A DNA stretch of 55,172 nucleotides, from contig RFFQ01000170.1 in NCBI GenBank assembly GCA_003697105.1, forward strand, positions 1-55,172. The letters are read 5' to 3'. Origin of the DNA: Gemmatimonadota bacterium. Lineage in GTDB: Bacteria; 4572-55; J002. The notes beneath the pieces are model-generated. The model had not been told where the DNA came from, did not search any database, and saw only the letters and a program-made list of their open reading frames with translations. Position numbers and translations under genes: made by a program. Every line of letters begins with the position of its first letter. Position 1 is the first letter of the stretch. Positions 1 to 9,799 of this stretch are shown here, in pieces.

Positions 1-16
1 AGTGTGATAATTGCAT
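1..16 (-). CDS. 5' end of a gene running off the left edge (MQLSH...)
   Basis: Minus strand reads GAAAGGAG-ctatc-ATGCAATTATCACAC: a strong SD followed by ATG at 16. Confidence 0.5.
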
Positions 17-95
17 GATAGCTCCTTTCAGTAAAGTGAGCAATAATCAAACTATTTGATTCAATTTTATTCAAGTGCAGATTTCTGCGGAGACT

Positions 96-455
96 TCAGG
101 ATGCTTTTGACAATCGTGAGATCAAGCCGTTCAACATTTTGCCGATTTCAGCGATAGTATTTACCAGATGCTGGTACTCCTCTCCATTGAGATACGATAA
201 ATTCCGGGCGATAACTACTTGTGTTTCAACTTCATACCGCGACCCTCTTGCAATCCGTAAAAAACGAATGTAATCAGTGGTAGTAGCACGTCCCCACCCT
301 TCAGCAATATTTGAGGGGATGGAAACCGCTGCCCGCCGTAGTTGTCCTGCCAACCCGAACACTTCACTTTTAGGAAACGTGCGGGTCAAAACATAAATTT
401 GGTTCACCAGTTCAATTGCATTTTGCCAGACCTTCAACTCACGATACGATTGCAT
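96..455 (-). CDS. four-helix-bundle protein (23S rRNA IVS-like/bAvd-like family)
   Basis: Motifs YRELKVWQ, FPKSEVFGLAGQLRRAAVSIPSNIAEG, FLRIARGS..E.ETQ; likely ATG at 455. Confidence 0.93.
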   Translation of the reverse strand: MQSYRELKVWQNAIELVNQIYVLTRTFPKSEVFGLAGQLRRAAVSIPSNIAEGWGRATTTDYIRFLRIARGSRYEVETQVVIARNLSYLNGEEYQHLVNTIAEIGKMLNGLISRLSKAS

Positions 456-463
456 CCCACTAT

Positions 464-519
464 CTCCAACCCCCAACTCGTAAAACTCATCAACTCCCCA
501 ACTCCCTAACTCCTACTCA
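464..519. repeat. degenerate 8-9 bp AACTC/GAGTT tandem repeats between the recJ stop and the four-helix-bundle start
   Basis: ccaac ccccaactcg taaaactcat caactcccca actccctaac tcctactc; 475-498 is the exact reverse complement of 30190-30213. Confidence 0.85.
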
Positions 520-2240
520 CTAAATTTCAAGTCTTTGAGTCGCCCTTGAAGGGTGATCCGGCCATGCCAGCGATTTTCTTCCACGACATAGGCAATATCC
601 AATTTGGGGCGGGCGTAAGTGAGTTCATCCACTAAAGCGATAGTACCGAAACCAAAGCCGATAATTTCTAAGGTAACATCCCCTTGCCCGACGGTAAACT
701 TCAGATGATTACGCCCAACAATGCGTGGCGTCCCGACAACGTCCACACGGCGGGTCACCAGCACCGGACGCATATTTTGGGGTCCAAAAGGCGCAAATTG
801 TTTAAGATAAACATATAATTTGCCATTGATGACATCATCCAACGTAACTTCGCCTACCACTTCTAAATGGGGAATCAAATCCTCAGGTGTCAACGCATTG
901 GTTGCAACGGCATTGAAGCGTTCGCGGAAAGCGTGGATTCTCTCTTTACGAATGGTCAATCCCGCCGCGTGTTGGTGCCCACCGAATTCATCCAGCAGGT
1001 CACTACACTGCACCATCGCTTCATACAGATGAAAGGTGGGGATGCTGCGTGAACTTCCTTTACCCGCGCCGGTTTCAGGGTCTATCGAGATAAGGACAGT
1101 CGGACGGTAGTATTTTTCCACCAACCGGCTCGCGACAATTCCGATCACACCGGCGTGCCACTCTTCTGAGGCAAGGACTAGCCCCCGAGTATGTTCAATA
1201 TCGTACATCTCCTCGACCATGCGTTTCGCATCTTCGTAGATAGTTTCATCAATGTTTTGGCGGCGTTTATTTTCAGCATCCAGACCGTTGGCAATCTTCA
1301 AAGCGTGGGAATAGGTTGTCGCCATCAGCAATTCGACCCCGCGTTTAGCATCACCGATTCGCCCACCGGCATTGATTCGCGGCGCCAAGTTAAACACAAT
1401 TTCAGAACTACCGATCCGCCGCTGTTTCAGTCCGGCAACATGAATCAATGCCTTTAGCCCAACTCGAGGTGAAGTGTTGATCAAGCGCAATCCATAATGA
1501 GCAATCACCCGATTTTCATCCACTAAGGGCACAATGTCGGAGATCGTTCCGAGAGCGACAATGTCCAAATAATCGAACACAATTTGCAAGGGCTTATTCA
1601 TTACCCGGGTCACGGCACAAAGCAGTTTGAACGCCACCCCCGCACCGCATAAATCCGTAAAGGGATAGGTATCATCCGTCTGTTTGGGATTGATCACCGC
1701 CAATGCTTCCACGGGATTTTCACCGGGTTCGTGGTGATCGGTCACAATCATATCAATTCCGACCTTTTCCGCAAATTTTGCTTCGTCGGTGGCTCGAATG
1801 CCACAATCTACCGTGACAATCAACGAAATCCCATCTCGAAGTGCCTGCCGGATGCCTTCAATAGAAAGTCCGTAGCCCTCATTCATCCGGTCGGGGATGT
1901 AAAAATCGACATCACCACCCAAACGTCGCAACACAGAAAGAAGTAGAGACGTCCCGGTGATGCCATCGACATCATAATCACCATAGACCATGATCCGTTC
2001 TTTGTTTTGAAGCGCTTTGGCAAGGCGGTTTGCTGCTATAGCAATATCTTTCATCAAGAACGGGTCATGCAAACTCTCCAAGCTGGGATTTAAAAACTGG
2101 TGCGCTTTTTCAGGCGTGTTCCAACCCCGCTGTAATAAAATTTTGGCAATGACAGGCGGCACATCTAGGGCATCCATTAACTGATTTTGTAACCCGGCAT
2201 CCACCGGGGGCGGGAATACCCATTTTTTCTGTCCTCGCAT
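513..2240 (-). CDS. recJ: single-stranded-DNA-specific exonuclease RecJ
   Basis: YGDYDVDG, VDCG, TDHH, GGHQHAAG DHH/DHHA1 motifs; 575 aa. Confidence 0.97.
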   Translation of the reverse strand: MRGQKKWVFPPPVDAGLQNQLMDALDVPPVIAKILLQRGWNTPEKAHQFLNPSLESLHDPFLMKDIAIAANRLAKALQNKERIMVYGDYDVDGITGTSLLLSVLRRLGGDVDFYIPDRMNEGYGLSIEGIRQALRDGISLIVTVDCGIRATDEAKFAEKVGIDMIVTDHHEPGENPVEALAVINPKQTDDTYPFTDLCGAGVAFKLLCAVTRVMNKPLQIVFDYLDIVALGTISDIVPLVDENRVIAHYGLRLINTSPRVGLKALIHVAGLKQRRIGSSEIVFNLAPRINAGGRIGDAKRGVELLMATTYSHALKIANGLDAENKRRQNIDETIYEDAKRMVEEMYDIEHTRGLVLASEEWHAGVIGIVASRLVEKYYRPTVLISIDPETGAGKGSSRSIPTFHLYEAMVQCSDLLDEFGGHQHAAGLTIRKERIHAFRERFNAVATNALTPEDLIPHLEVVGEVTLDDVINGKLYVYLKQFAPFGPQNMRPVLVTRRVDVVGTPRIVGRNHLKFTVGQGDVTLEIIGFGFGTIALVDELTYARPKLDIAYVVEENRWHGRITLQGRLKDLKFSE

Positions 2241-2385
2241 TGATTTTCCTCAAATAGGTATGGAGTCAAGAGTCATCTTAATTGACCGTATTTTTAATCG
2301 CATTTTTCCGAAATCGCAAGGTTTTTTTAGGAAGTTATGAGAATCGAAGATGGGCACACCTGCCCGTCCGAACCGCAATTGTCTG

Positions 2386-2414
2386 TTGACAAGTGTACCG
2401 CATTATGCTATTCT
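2386..2414 (+). promoter_or_regulatory. sigma70-type promoter
   Basis: TTGACA-17 bp-TATTCT with TG extension, 52 bp before the 2467 ORF. Confidence 0.65.
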
Positions 2415-2466
2415 ATGTCCGATTTGATACCAACTCATCAATATATCATACGTTATAGCACTAAGG

Positions 2467-2895
2467 ATGTTCAGAATGTTTGATCCGAAAGAAGCCATCA
2501 ATACGTTCATGTCACAGGAAAATCTCCAGGAGGCCTACCCGATGGCGTCCTTTTTTATCCATGCTCATTCAGGGACAGTGGTACGGCGGGGCCCCTTTGA
2601 TATTATCAGCTTGGAACCCCTCGATGATGGGTATCATATTAAACTCTATATCCTTGATGAGGCGGAAATTCCGGCGAACCCGCTGGCGCGAAATCCGTTA
2701 TATTATAACAAAGTGCTAGAAGCCCGGCGTGCCGCCGATATTATCCGGAAGGGGCCGTTCGATTTTGTGATAAAAGGACAAGATGAGCGAAAGCAGAAAT
2801 TACACGCTAACGACATAAAAGCAATTACGGCTTACCAACTACTTTATTCCGCCAAGAAAAAAAAGGCATCTATCGGTGAAACCACGACGATATAA
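2467..2895 (+). CDS. hypothetical protein (142 aa)
   Basis: ORF with its own promoter, AAGG before ATG and a downstream terminator; no recognised motif. Confidence 0.7.
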   Translation: MFRMFDPKEAINTFMSQENLQEAYPMASFFIHAHSGTVVRRGPFDIISLEPLDDGYHIKLYILDEAEIPANPLARNPLYYNKVLEARRAADIIRKGPFDFVIKGQDERKQKLHANDIKAITAYQLLYSAKKKKASIGETTTI

Positions 2896-2958
2896 GATGC
2901 ATATGTGGCAACTTTCAATTCAGAGTACCCTTAATATGGTAGAATGGTATTCCGTATT

Positions 2959-2996
2959 AAACCCGTCATCCCCAACCGGTTGGCGGGTTTTATTTT
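2959..2996 (+). terminator. intrinsic terminator
   Basis: AAACCCGTCA...TGGCGGGTTT followed by TATTTT. Confidence 0.55.
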
Positions 2997-3009
2997 AGGA
3001 GCGAAGCAG

Positions 3010-4902
3010 ATGCCTACTATTGCGGAATTAGAACAGCGGCTCGAAGATGGTGAAGATAATTTAGACCCTCGCCAGAGGATCGATATCATGAATCAGTTAG
3101 CCGCGGCTTGGCGGAATCAGGATATCCAACAGGCGATTGAATGGGGTGAACGTGCCCACCAGCAGGTAACCAAACAGCAACCGTTCTATACGGCAGGATT
3201 GGCGGAAAGTCTGCGCCAACTGAGTATCTGCTATGTGATGACCTCCAAATATGACCAAGCACTGGCATTCGCTTTAGAAGCATTGGAACTGTTCTCAGAC
3301 TTACCGGATCAGGAAAAACAAGCGTCTGTACTCACTATTATCGGGAATGTTTATCAGGGTTTAGGTCATTTTACGGAAGCATTGTCGTATCACTTGAAAA
3401 GTTTGAAAATAAAAGAAGAGCTATCGGATCAACGTGGACAAGCGGTCTCGCTCGTCAATATCGGAAACGCATATCATGAACTGAAAGATTACCAGCAAGC
3501 ACTCCAATGTTATGAGGAAGGCTTAATCCGGTATCGGGAAATCAACTACCAACAAGGCATCGCCGCGATCCTCTCCAATATCGGTAGTACCCATTTTAGC
3601 ATGGGCAATAATGAACAAGCCCGGCAAGCCTACCACCAAAGTTTAGAAATCTACCGCGATCATAAAAATCAAATTGGGGAATCCGCCACATTGAACAATT
3701 TGGGAAATGTGTACGAACATCTGAACCAACTCAATGAGGCGCAACAGGTGTATGCCAAAGCCCTCACGATTAAAAGACAGATCGGTGACCGGCACGGTGA
3801 ATCCGTCAGTTTAGAAGGATTAGGGCGGGTATATACCCGCCAACGGCAATATGATCTGGCACAAACACATCTGGAACAGGCAAGGGAAATTGCCGAAGCC
3901 ATCAAATCCAAAGCCCGCCTTTCCCGAATCCAAAATGATCTGGCCACCCTGTTTTATGAGCAGGGTAATTACCACCACGCATTTGACGCACTAAAAGCCT
4001 CGTACCAGCAAGAACGGGACATCCTCAATGATGAAAGTGACCGCCGTGCCAAAAACCTCCAACTGGCATATCAGGTAGAAAAAGCCCAAAAAGAGGCGGA
4101 AATCTACCGGCTACGCAATGTGGAATTGGCGCAGTTGAATGAACAATTACAAGAGGCTCTCAAAACCGCCGAAATCCAGCGTAACCGTGCCGAACAAGCA
4201 AACGAATTTAAAGGTGAACTCATCGATATTGTCGCCCACGATCTGCGTAATCCCTTGCAAACAATCTTAGGCTATATCCAACTGACACTCCGTCACACGG
4301 ACCCAGACACGAACATCGCCAAGTACCAACAACGGGCGCAAGAATCCGCACAACGAATGATCATGTTGGTCCAAAAACTCATGAACGCCAGCCTGATTGA
4401 AAGCGGTAAATTCAAACTGGAACCAGAGTCCGTCGATTTTTACCAGTTGGTTTCGGATCAAATCGATCACTATCAAGCAATCGCCAAACGGAAACACCAG
4501 ACAATCCATTTTACAGGACACCCCCCCTGCTGGGTTTATGGCGACCCCATTTGGCTCCGGGAGATTGTCGGAAACTTATTGAGTAACGCCATCAAATATT
4601 CGCCCTTTCAAAAATCGATCTGGGTGGAACTGGTCACCAGTAATGGCTTGGCACGGTTTCAGGTAAAGGATGAAGGACTTGGTCTTACCGAAGACGACAA
4701 ACACCGGCTATTTGGTAAATTTCAGCGCCTTTCCGCCAAACCCACCGGTGAAGAAAGCTCAATTGGATTGGGATTATTCATTGTCAAACAACTCGTACGG
4801 ATGCACGGCGGTGCCATTCAGGCTAAAAGCAGCGGACAATATCAGGGGAGTACCTTCACCATTGAATTTCCGTTATTAGACCCACCAAAACCATTGACAT
4901 AA
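3010..4902 (+). CDS. soluble TPR-repeat sensor histidine kinase
   Basis: Several TPRs, H-box AHDLRNPL, N-box NLLSNAIKYS, D.G.G, G2 box GLGL; AGGAG before ATG 3010. Confidence 0.93.
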   Translation: MPTIAELEQRLEDGEDNLDPRQRIDIMNQLAAAWRNQDIQQAIEWGERAHQQVTKQQPFYTAGLAESLRQLSICYVMTSKYDQALAFALEALELFSDLPDQEKQASVLTIIGNVYQGLGHFTEALSYHLKSLKIKEELSDQRGQAVSLVNIGNAYHELKDYQQALQCYEEGLIRYREINYQQGIAAILSNIGSTHFSMGNNEQARQAYHQSLEIYRDHKNQIGESATLNNLGNVYEHLNQLNEAQQVYAKALTIKRQIGDRHGESVSLEGLGRVYTRQRQYDLAQTHLEQAREIAEAIKSKARLSRIQNDLATLFYEQGNYHHAFDALKASYQQERDILNDESDRRAKNLQLAYQVEKAQKEAEIYRLRNVELAQLNEQLQEALKTAEIQRNRAEQANEFKGELIDIVAHDLRNPLQTILGYIQLTLRHTDPDTNIAKYQQRAQESAQRMIMLVQKLMNASLIESGKFKLEPESVDFYQLVSDQIDHYQAIAKRKHQTIHFTGHPPCWVYGDPIWLREIVGNLLSNAIKYSPFQKSIWVELVTSNGLARFQVKDEGLGLTEDDKHRLFGKFQRLSAKPTGEESSIGLGLFIVKQLVRMHGGAIQAKSSGQYQGSTFTIEFPLLDPPKPLT

Positions 4903-4990
4903 AGGAATTTTTTTCCATAGTTTTAACGATTCCAAACCGGAGCCTCAGCACCGTACATTATCGCCATCCCATTTTGATTGGAGGAGACCC

Positions 4991-5290
4991 ATGCCCGAAT
5001 TAAAAACCTACGAAACCCCATTGACCGATGCCGCCATTGATGAACTGTTTGAGGAAAATAAAGCCCAATTTAGCAAGATGAACACTGCCGCCGGCAATAT
5101 GGTCAAAAGTCTGTTATACGAGTTACAACGCAAGGGACGTAACACCTACATCCAACTGTATGATGCCGTAGAAGATGGTCATGTGGTGCACTACCGGGTC
5201 GTGCAGGGCAATGCGGAACTCATTCCTAAAGCCGCTCGTGCCCTACGATTTAAAAGTTGGACGGCAGATCAACTGGAGGTGAACTCATGA
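4991..5290 (+). CDS. hypothetical protein (99 aa)
   Basis: GGAGGAG SD; ATGA overlap with the next gene. Confidence 0.75.
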   Translation: MPELKTYETPLTDAAIDELFEENKAQFSKMNTAAGNMVKSLLYELQRKGRNTYIQLYDAVEDGHVVHYRVVQGNAELIPKAARALRFKSWTADQLEVNS

Positions 5291-6057
5291 TCAAATTTGT
5301 GATTGCCCTGTTGATTATCATCGCCCTGTTAGGGTCATTTTCATCCTACTTTTTTGTCAAATCCGAAATGCAGGCAAAGATCACGGAAGCCGAAGTCAAA
5401 ATGGCGAACCTCAAAAATGAACGCCAACAGGTCGAAGATAAAGTGGCAGAAATTGAACGCCAAAAAGCAGAATTACAAGCCCAAATTGCCCACCTCACCG
5501 CCGAACGAGACAGCCTGAAAGCCGTTGTCGATTCCCTTGAAACTCAACGCCAGCGCGAAGAAGCCGCCCTAGACGACCTGTTTGCCGTAGATGACCTCGC
5601 CCAGAAAATGCAGGAAACCTTCCCAGAATTGGGGGATGAGCCCCTCGGCACGATTGAACTCTGCTATAACGATGAAACCAACACGTACGGTACCTGCTCC
5701 CCAGACGATTTTGGTATCGAGTATTTTGTCTTTCCGGTGCAATTTGTGGCAACCTTCATCGATAATGCCCAACAGGCGCAAAATCTTGCCCAACAAAATG
5801 AAGCCCTCCGCAAAATTGAGTCTAATTTAGAGCGAAACTTAACACTTTCCGATCAAATCACGTTGCTGACCGAGCAAAAAGCCAAAGCCTATCAGGAGGG
5901 TTACGAAAAAGCGTATCTCCAATACCAGCAGTTAAATCAGGAGTATATCAGTGTCCTCAAACAACCCCCGACCGTAAAATTTGGGTTACCGTCATGGCAA
6001 TTTGGCGTTGTGACCGGTGTGTTAGGTTTTGCCGGTGGGGTCATTTTAGCGAAATAA
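5287..6057 (+). CDS. membrane-anchored coiled-coil protein
   Basis: GGAGG SD and ATG 5287; hydrophobic N-terminus, long heptad-rich segments, Gly-rich hydrophobic C-terminus. Confidence 0.8.
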   Translation: MIKFVIALLIIIALLGSFSSYFFVKSEMQAKITEAEVKMANLKNERQQVEDKVAEIERQKAELQAQIAHLTAERDSLKAVVDSLETQRQREEAALDDLFAVDDLAQKMQETFPELGDEPLGTIELCYNDETNTYGTCSPDDFGIEYFVFPVQFVATFIDNAQQAQNLAQQNEALRKIESNLERNLTLSDQITLLTEQKAKAYQEGYEKAYLQYQQLNQEYISVLKQPPTVKFGLPSWQFGVVTGVLGFAGGVILAK

Positions 6058-6064
6058 GAGTACC

Positions 6065-6529
6065 ATGCCGGAGCCACGTATCTTACATAGCGGTATTATT
6101 GATGTGAATTTTGGTGAGAACGTCACGATCGTGCAACCGGTCAATTTGTACGGATGTACCATCGGAGAGCAGTCATTCATAGGTCCTTTTGTAGAGATTC
6201 AACGCGGGGTCGTGATCGGTGAACGGTGCAAAATTCAATCTCACACTTTCATCTGCGAGCTGGTGACCCTAGGGGATGACTGCTTTATCTCGCACGGGGC
6301 AATGTTCATCAACGACACCTTCGCCAGTGGCGCACCGGCTGGTGGGGATAAAACCCGCTGGCGCACAACCACCCTTGGGAATCGGGTCAGCATCGGTACA
6401 AACGCCACCATCTTACCGGTAACCATTTGCGATAATGTGGTCATCGGCGCCGGCGCCGTTGTGACAAAATCAATTGAAATACCCGGAATTTACGCCGGGA
6501 ATCCGGCACGTTTAATCCGCAAACTTTAA
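6065..6529 (+). CDS. hexapeptide-repeat (left-handed beta-helix) N-acyltransferase, WbpD/WlbB-like
   Basis: IGxxxxIG hexapeptide repeats, IGAGAVVTK, GNPAR. Confidence 0.88.
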   Translation: MPEPRILHSGIIDVNFGENVTIVQPVNLYGCTIGEQSFIGPFVEIQRGVVIGERCKIQSHTFICELVTLGDDCFISHGAMFINDTFASGAPAGGDKTRWRTTTLGNRVSIGTNATILPVTICDNVVIGAGAVVTKSIEIPGIYAGNPARLIRKL

Positions 6530-6555
6530 CTTCAGGAGGGAACCGCAACGGTAAA

Positions 6556-7458
6556 ATGAACCATTTAATATCTATGCGCGATTTGACCAAAGCGGAGATT
6601 CAGCAATTTATCTCCACGGCGGCAAAAATTGAAAAGGGCGAACTCCAGCCCGACTTAACCGGTCGGGTGATGGGCGCCCTATTTTTTGAACCGTCCACCC
6701 GGACCCATTTGTCATTTGAGACCGCGATGAAGCGGCTCGGGGGCGAGGTGATTTCCATGAGCGGTACGAAAGGTACCTCCGTGGAAAAGGGGGAAACTCT
6801 GGCAGACACAGTCAAAGTCATTAATCAATATTCGGATATTATTGTCATCCGCCACGCTTTAGAAGGCGCGGCACGGTACGTCTCTGAACAAGTCACTGTA
6901 CCGGTCGTTAATGCAGGCGATGGCGCGAACCAGCACCCAACACAATCCTTGCTAGATTTGTACTCCATCTATAAAACACAAAACCGGTTGACGGGTTTAA
7001 CTATTGCCCTCATCGGTGATCTAAAGTACGGGCGCACCGTCCATTCCTTAGTCCACGCCCTAGCCCATACCCAGCCAAAATTTTATTTTATCTCCCCACC
7101 CTCTTTGCAAATGCCACGCTACATCAAGGACGAACTCCGCGAAATGAAGGTCGATTTTGAAGAAGGCGAACATGTGGAAGATGTGATCAACCAACTGGAT
7201 ATTCTGTATGTCACCCGCATTCAACGCGAACGATTTGCCGATCCGGTGGATTATGAACGGGTCAAAAATGCCTATGTGATCAGCCGGGCACTGCTGCAAA
7301 ATGTTAAACCCAACCTGAAAGTACTCCACCCGTTGCCGCGGGTCAATGAAATCAGCACTGATGTGGATCAAACCAAATACGCCTATTACTTTCAACAAGC
7401 GAAAAATGGCGTATTCATGCGTCAGGCAATTCTTTCCATTCTATTGGGGGAGATATAA
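6556..7458 (+). CDS. pyrB: aspartate carbamoyltransferase catalytic subunit
   Basis: FFEPSTRT, HPTQ, GDLKYGRTVHSL, HPLPR. Confidence 0.97.
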   Translation: MNHLISMRDLTKAEIQQFISTAAKIEKGELQPDLTGRVMGALFFEPSTRTHLSFETAMKRLGGEVISMSGTKGTSVEKGETLADTVKVINQYSDIIVIRHALEGAARYVSEQVTVPVVNAGDGANQHPTQSLLDLYSIYKTQNRLTGLTIALIGDLKYGRTVHSLVHALAHTQPKFYFISPPSLQMPRYIKDELREMKVDFEEGEHVEDVINQLDILYVTRIQRERFADPVDYERVKNAYVISRALLQNVKPNLKVLHPLPRVNEISTDVDQTKYAYYFQQAKNGVFMRQAILSILLGEI

Positions 7459-7460
7459 CG

Positions 7461-7952
7461 ATGATGAACGACCGTAAAACGATGAAAGTAGATGCCATCC
7501 GCAACGGCACGGTGATCGATCACATCCCTGCCGGGCGCGGTCTGCGTGTGCTGGAAATTCTGGAATCCGAAGAAGACCAGCAAAAGGATTTGATTACCAT
7601 TGGCTTGAACCTCATTAGTGGTGCATACGGACGTAAAGATATTATTAAAATTGAAAACCGTGAATTGACCGTGAATGAAGTCAACCAGATTGCCCTGATC
7701 GCGCCCGAAGCCACCCTGAATATCATCCGAGATTTTGAAGTCACGGAGAAAAAGACCGTTGAATTACCGGAAAAGATCGAGGGATTGATGCATTGCCCCA
7801 ACCCAAATTGTGTCACCAGCGACGAAACCATCCACACGCGGTTATTGCGGGTCTCTCGTACACCGGTACGCTTGCGCTGTGCCTATTGCGAACGCGTGTT
7901 TAACGTGGAAGAAATGAAATTGGTGGGGATTAGCGGCAAATATGAAGAATAG
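7461..7952 (+). CDS. pyrI: aspartate carbamoyltransferase regulatory subunit
   Basis: NGTVIDHI, KDIIKIEN, CPNPNC and CAYCE zinc site. Confidence 0.95.
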   Translation: MMNDRKTMKVDAIRNGTVIDHIPAGRGLRVLEILESEEDQQKDLITIGLNLISGAYGRKDIIKIENRELTVNEVNQIALIAPEATLNIIRDFEVTEKKTVELPEKIEGLMHCPNPNCVTSDETIHTRLLRVSRTPVRLRCAYCERVFNVEEMKLVGISGKYEE

Positions 7953-9081
7953 ACCGGATCGAATCGGCATTTTAGGCGGCGGACAGTTAGCCCGAATGTC
8001 CGCCTACGCCGCTTACCGCCTCGGCTTTGAAGTGGCGATTATGGAAAAACACCCCAACTCGCCCGCCGGACAACTGACCCACCATGAAATTGTGGGATGG
8101 CTCCATGATGATCATCTTATGCGGGATTTCGCCGCCAAAAGCGATGTGATCACCCTCGAAAATGAGTTTGTGGATTATCAGCGACTGGAATTTTTGGAAG
8201 CGCTGGGCACACCGGTGGTACCACATTCCGCCACAATTGCCAACATTCAGGATAAATATTTGCAAAAAAGTGCCCTTGCGGACCAAAATATTCCCGTACC
8301 GGAGTTTATGGCAGTCCAGAGCCTTGCCGATTTTGAAGCGGTAAAATCCCGCTTAGGTGTGCCCTTTGTCCTCAAATCCCGCAAAATGGGTTACGATGGG
8401 TACGGTAATGCCCAGATCGAATCCCAAGCGGATTTTGACACGGCCTTTAAACGGCTGACCGCACGACACGCCGCACTTTTTGCGGAAAAATTTATCACCT
8501 TTCACATGGAATTGGCAGTGATGATCGCCCGCACTCCGGCAGAAATTCGAGCGTACCCGGTGGTGCAAACCATTCAAAAAAACCATATTTGCCATACGGT
8601 GATTGCTCCGGCACCCATTGACCCTCAATTGGCGGCACAAACGGTCGAAATGGGTATCGCCGCGGTCAAAGCGGTGGATGGTTTCGGGATTTATGGGATT
8701 GAATTCTTCCTCACGGAAGATCATCAAATTTTACTCAACGAGATGGCGCCGCGCCCGCATAATTCCGGGCATTATACCATTGAAGCGTGTGTGACATCAC
8801 AGTTTGAAAATCACATCCGAGCTGTCCTTGGATTGCCCCTCGGCACTACGGAGATGATCAAACCCCATGCGGTGATGGTCAATTTATTAGGCAAAAAAGA
8901 AGGTACGGGAGTAATCCCGAATTATGCGATTGCCTTAAACCATCCCGAGTTGCATCTGCACATCTATGGCAAAGCACAATCGCGGATCGGGCGAAAAATG
9001 GGACATATCACGATGCTGGGTGATAATCTGAATCCCATTTTAGATCAATTACACACCATCGAATCTCAAATTTGGCTTTAG
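7942..9081 (+). CDS. purK: N5-carboxyaminoimidazole ribonucleotide synthase
   Basis: GGGQLARM, GYDGYG, NEMAPRPHNSGH, RKMGH. Confidence 0.96.
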   Translation: MKNRPDRIGILGGGQLARMSAYAAYRLGFEVAIMEKHPNSPAGQLTHHEIVGWLHDDHLMRDFAAKSDVITLENEFVDYQRLEFLEALGTPVVPHSATIANIQDKYLQKSALADQNIPVPEFMAVQSLADFEAVKSRLGVPFVLKSRKMGYDGYGNAQIESQADFDTAFKRLTARHAALFAEKFITFHMELAVMIARTPAEIRAYPVVQTIQKNHICHTVIAPAPIDPQLAAQTVEMGIAAVKAVDGFGIYGIEFFLTEDHQILLNEMAPRPHNSGHYTIEACVTSQFENHIRAVLGLPLGTTEMIKPHAVMVNLLGKKEGTGVIPNYAIALNHPELHLHIYGKAQSRIGRKMGHITMLGDNLNPILDQLHTIESQIWL

Positions 9082-9117
9082 AAATAACACCTTAACCCTA
9101 AAGGATGAACAAAAAGA

Positions 9118-9639
9118 ATGAACCCCTCAACCCCTCTCGTTGGCATCATTATGGGCAGTGATTCCGATCTGAACGTGATGAAAGCCGCGGCAGATATTTG
9201 TGATGAATTTGATGTACCTTACGAAATCCGCGTGGTATCCGCCCATCGCACGCCACACGTCATGGCAGAATATGGTTCTACTGCCCACGAACGCGGCATT
9301 AAAGTGATTATCGCTGGCGCAGGAGGTGCGGCACATTTGCCGGGCATGACGGCAGCCTATTCCCCCTTGCCGGTGATTGGCGTACCGGTCAAATTGAAAT
9401 CCTTAGATGGGCTGGACTCGTTGCTTTCCATCGTACAGATGCCGCGGGGCGTACCAGTCGCCACCGTAGCCATCAACAACGCCCAAAATGCCGGCTTGCT
9501 GGCAATTGAGATTTTGGCAACCAGTGACCCCACCCTGCGACAAAAGGTAATCGATTACAAAAAACAGATGGCAGCGGTATCAATTCAAAAAAATGAGACA
9601 TTGCCAGCAAAACTCACCGCTTTATCACCCTCAAGATAA
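9118..9639 (+). CDS. purE: N5-CAIR mutase
   Basis: [22 protein letters not shown]. Confidence 0.97.
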   Translation: MNPSTPLVGIIMGSDSDLNVMKAAADICDEFDVPYEIRVVSAHRTPHVMAEYGSTAHERGIKVIIAGAGGAAHLPGMTAAYSPLPVIGVPVKLKSLDGLDSLLSIVQMPRGVPVATVAINNAQNAGLLAIEILATSDPTLRQKVIDYKKQMAAVSIQKNETLPAKLTALSPSR

Positions 9640-9799
9640 ATGAAACTATCGTGAGCCACAACCCGCGTGCCGCCCGATCCGCCCCCATCCGTTATGGTGA
9701 ACTGTAAAACTAAAAGTTGACAAAATCAAACTTTTGGTACATGTTATACGGTAACGGGCTCACTGAAACACTGAATCCCCCATTCACACGAGGTTGCTC

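Noticed and set aside
96-455. Diversity-generating retroelement suggested by the Avd-like gene
   Set aside because: No reverse transcriptase or TR/VR pair visible in the window; the gene is also not inside an rRNA gene
9640-9799. Riboswitch or operator upstream of the XRE regulator
   Set aside because: Only a TTGACA and a weak GTTA-N5-TAAC dyad are seen; there is no well-spaced -10 or recognisable aptamer
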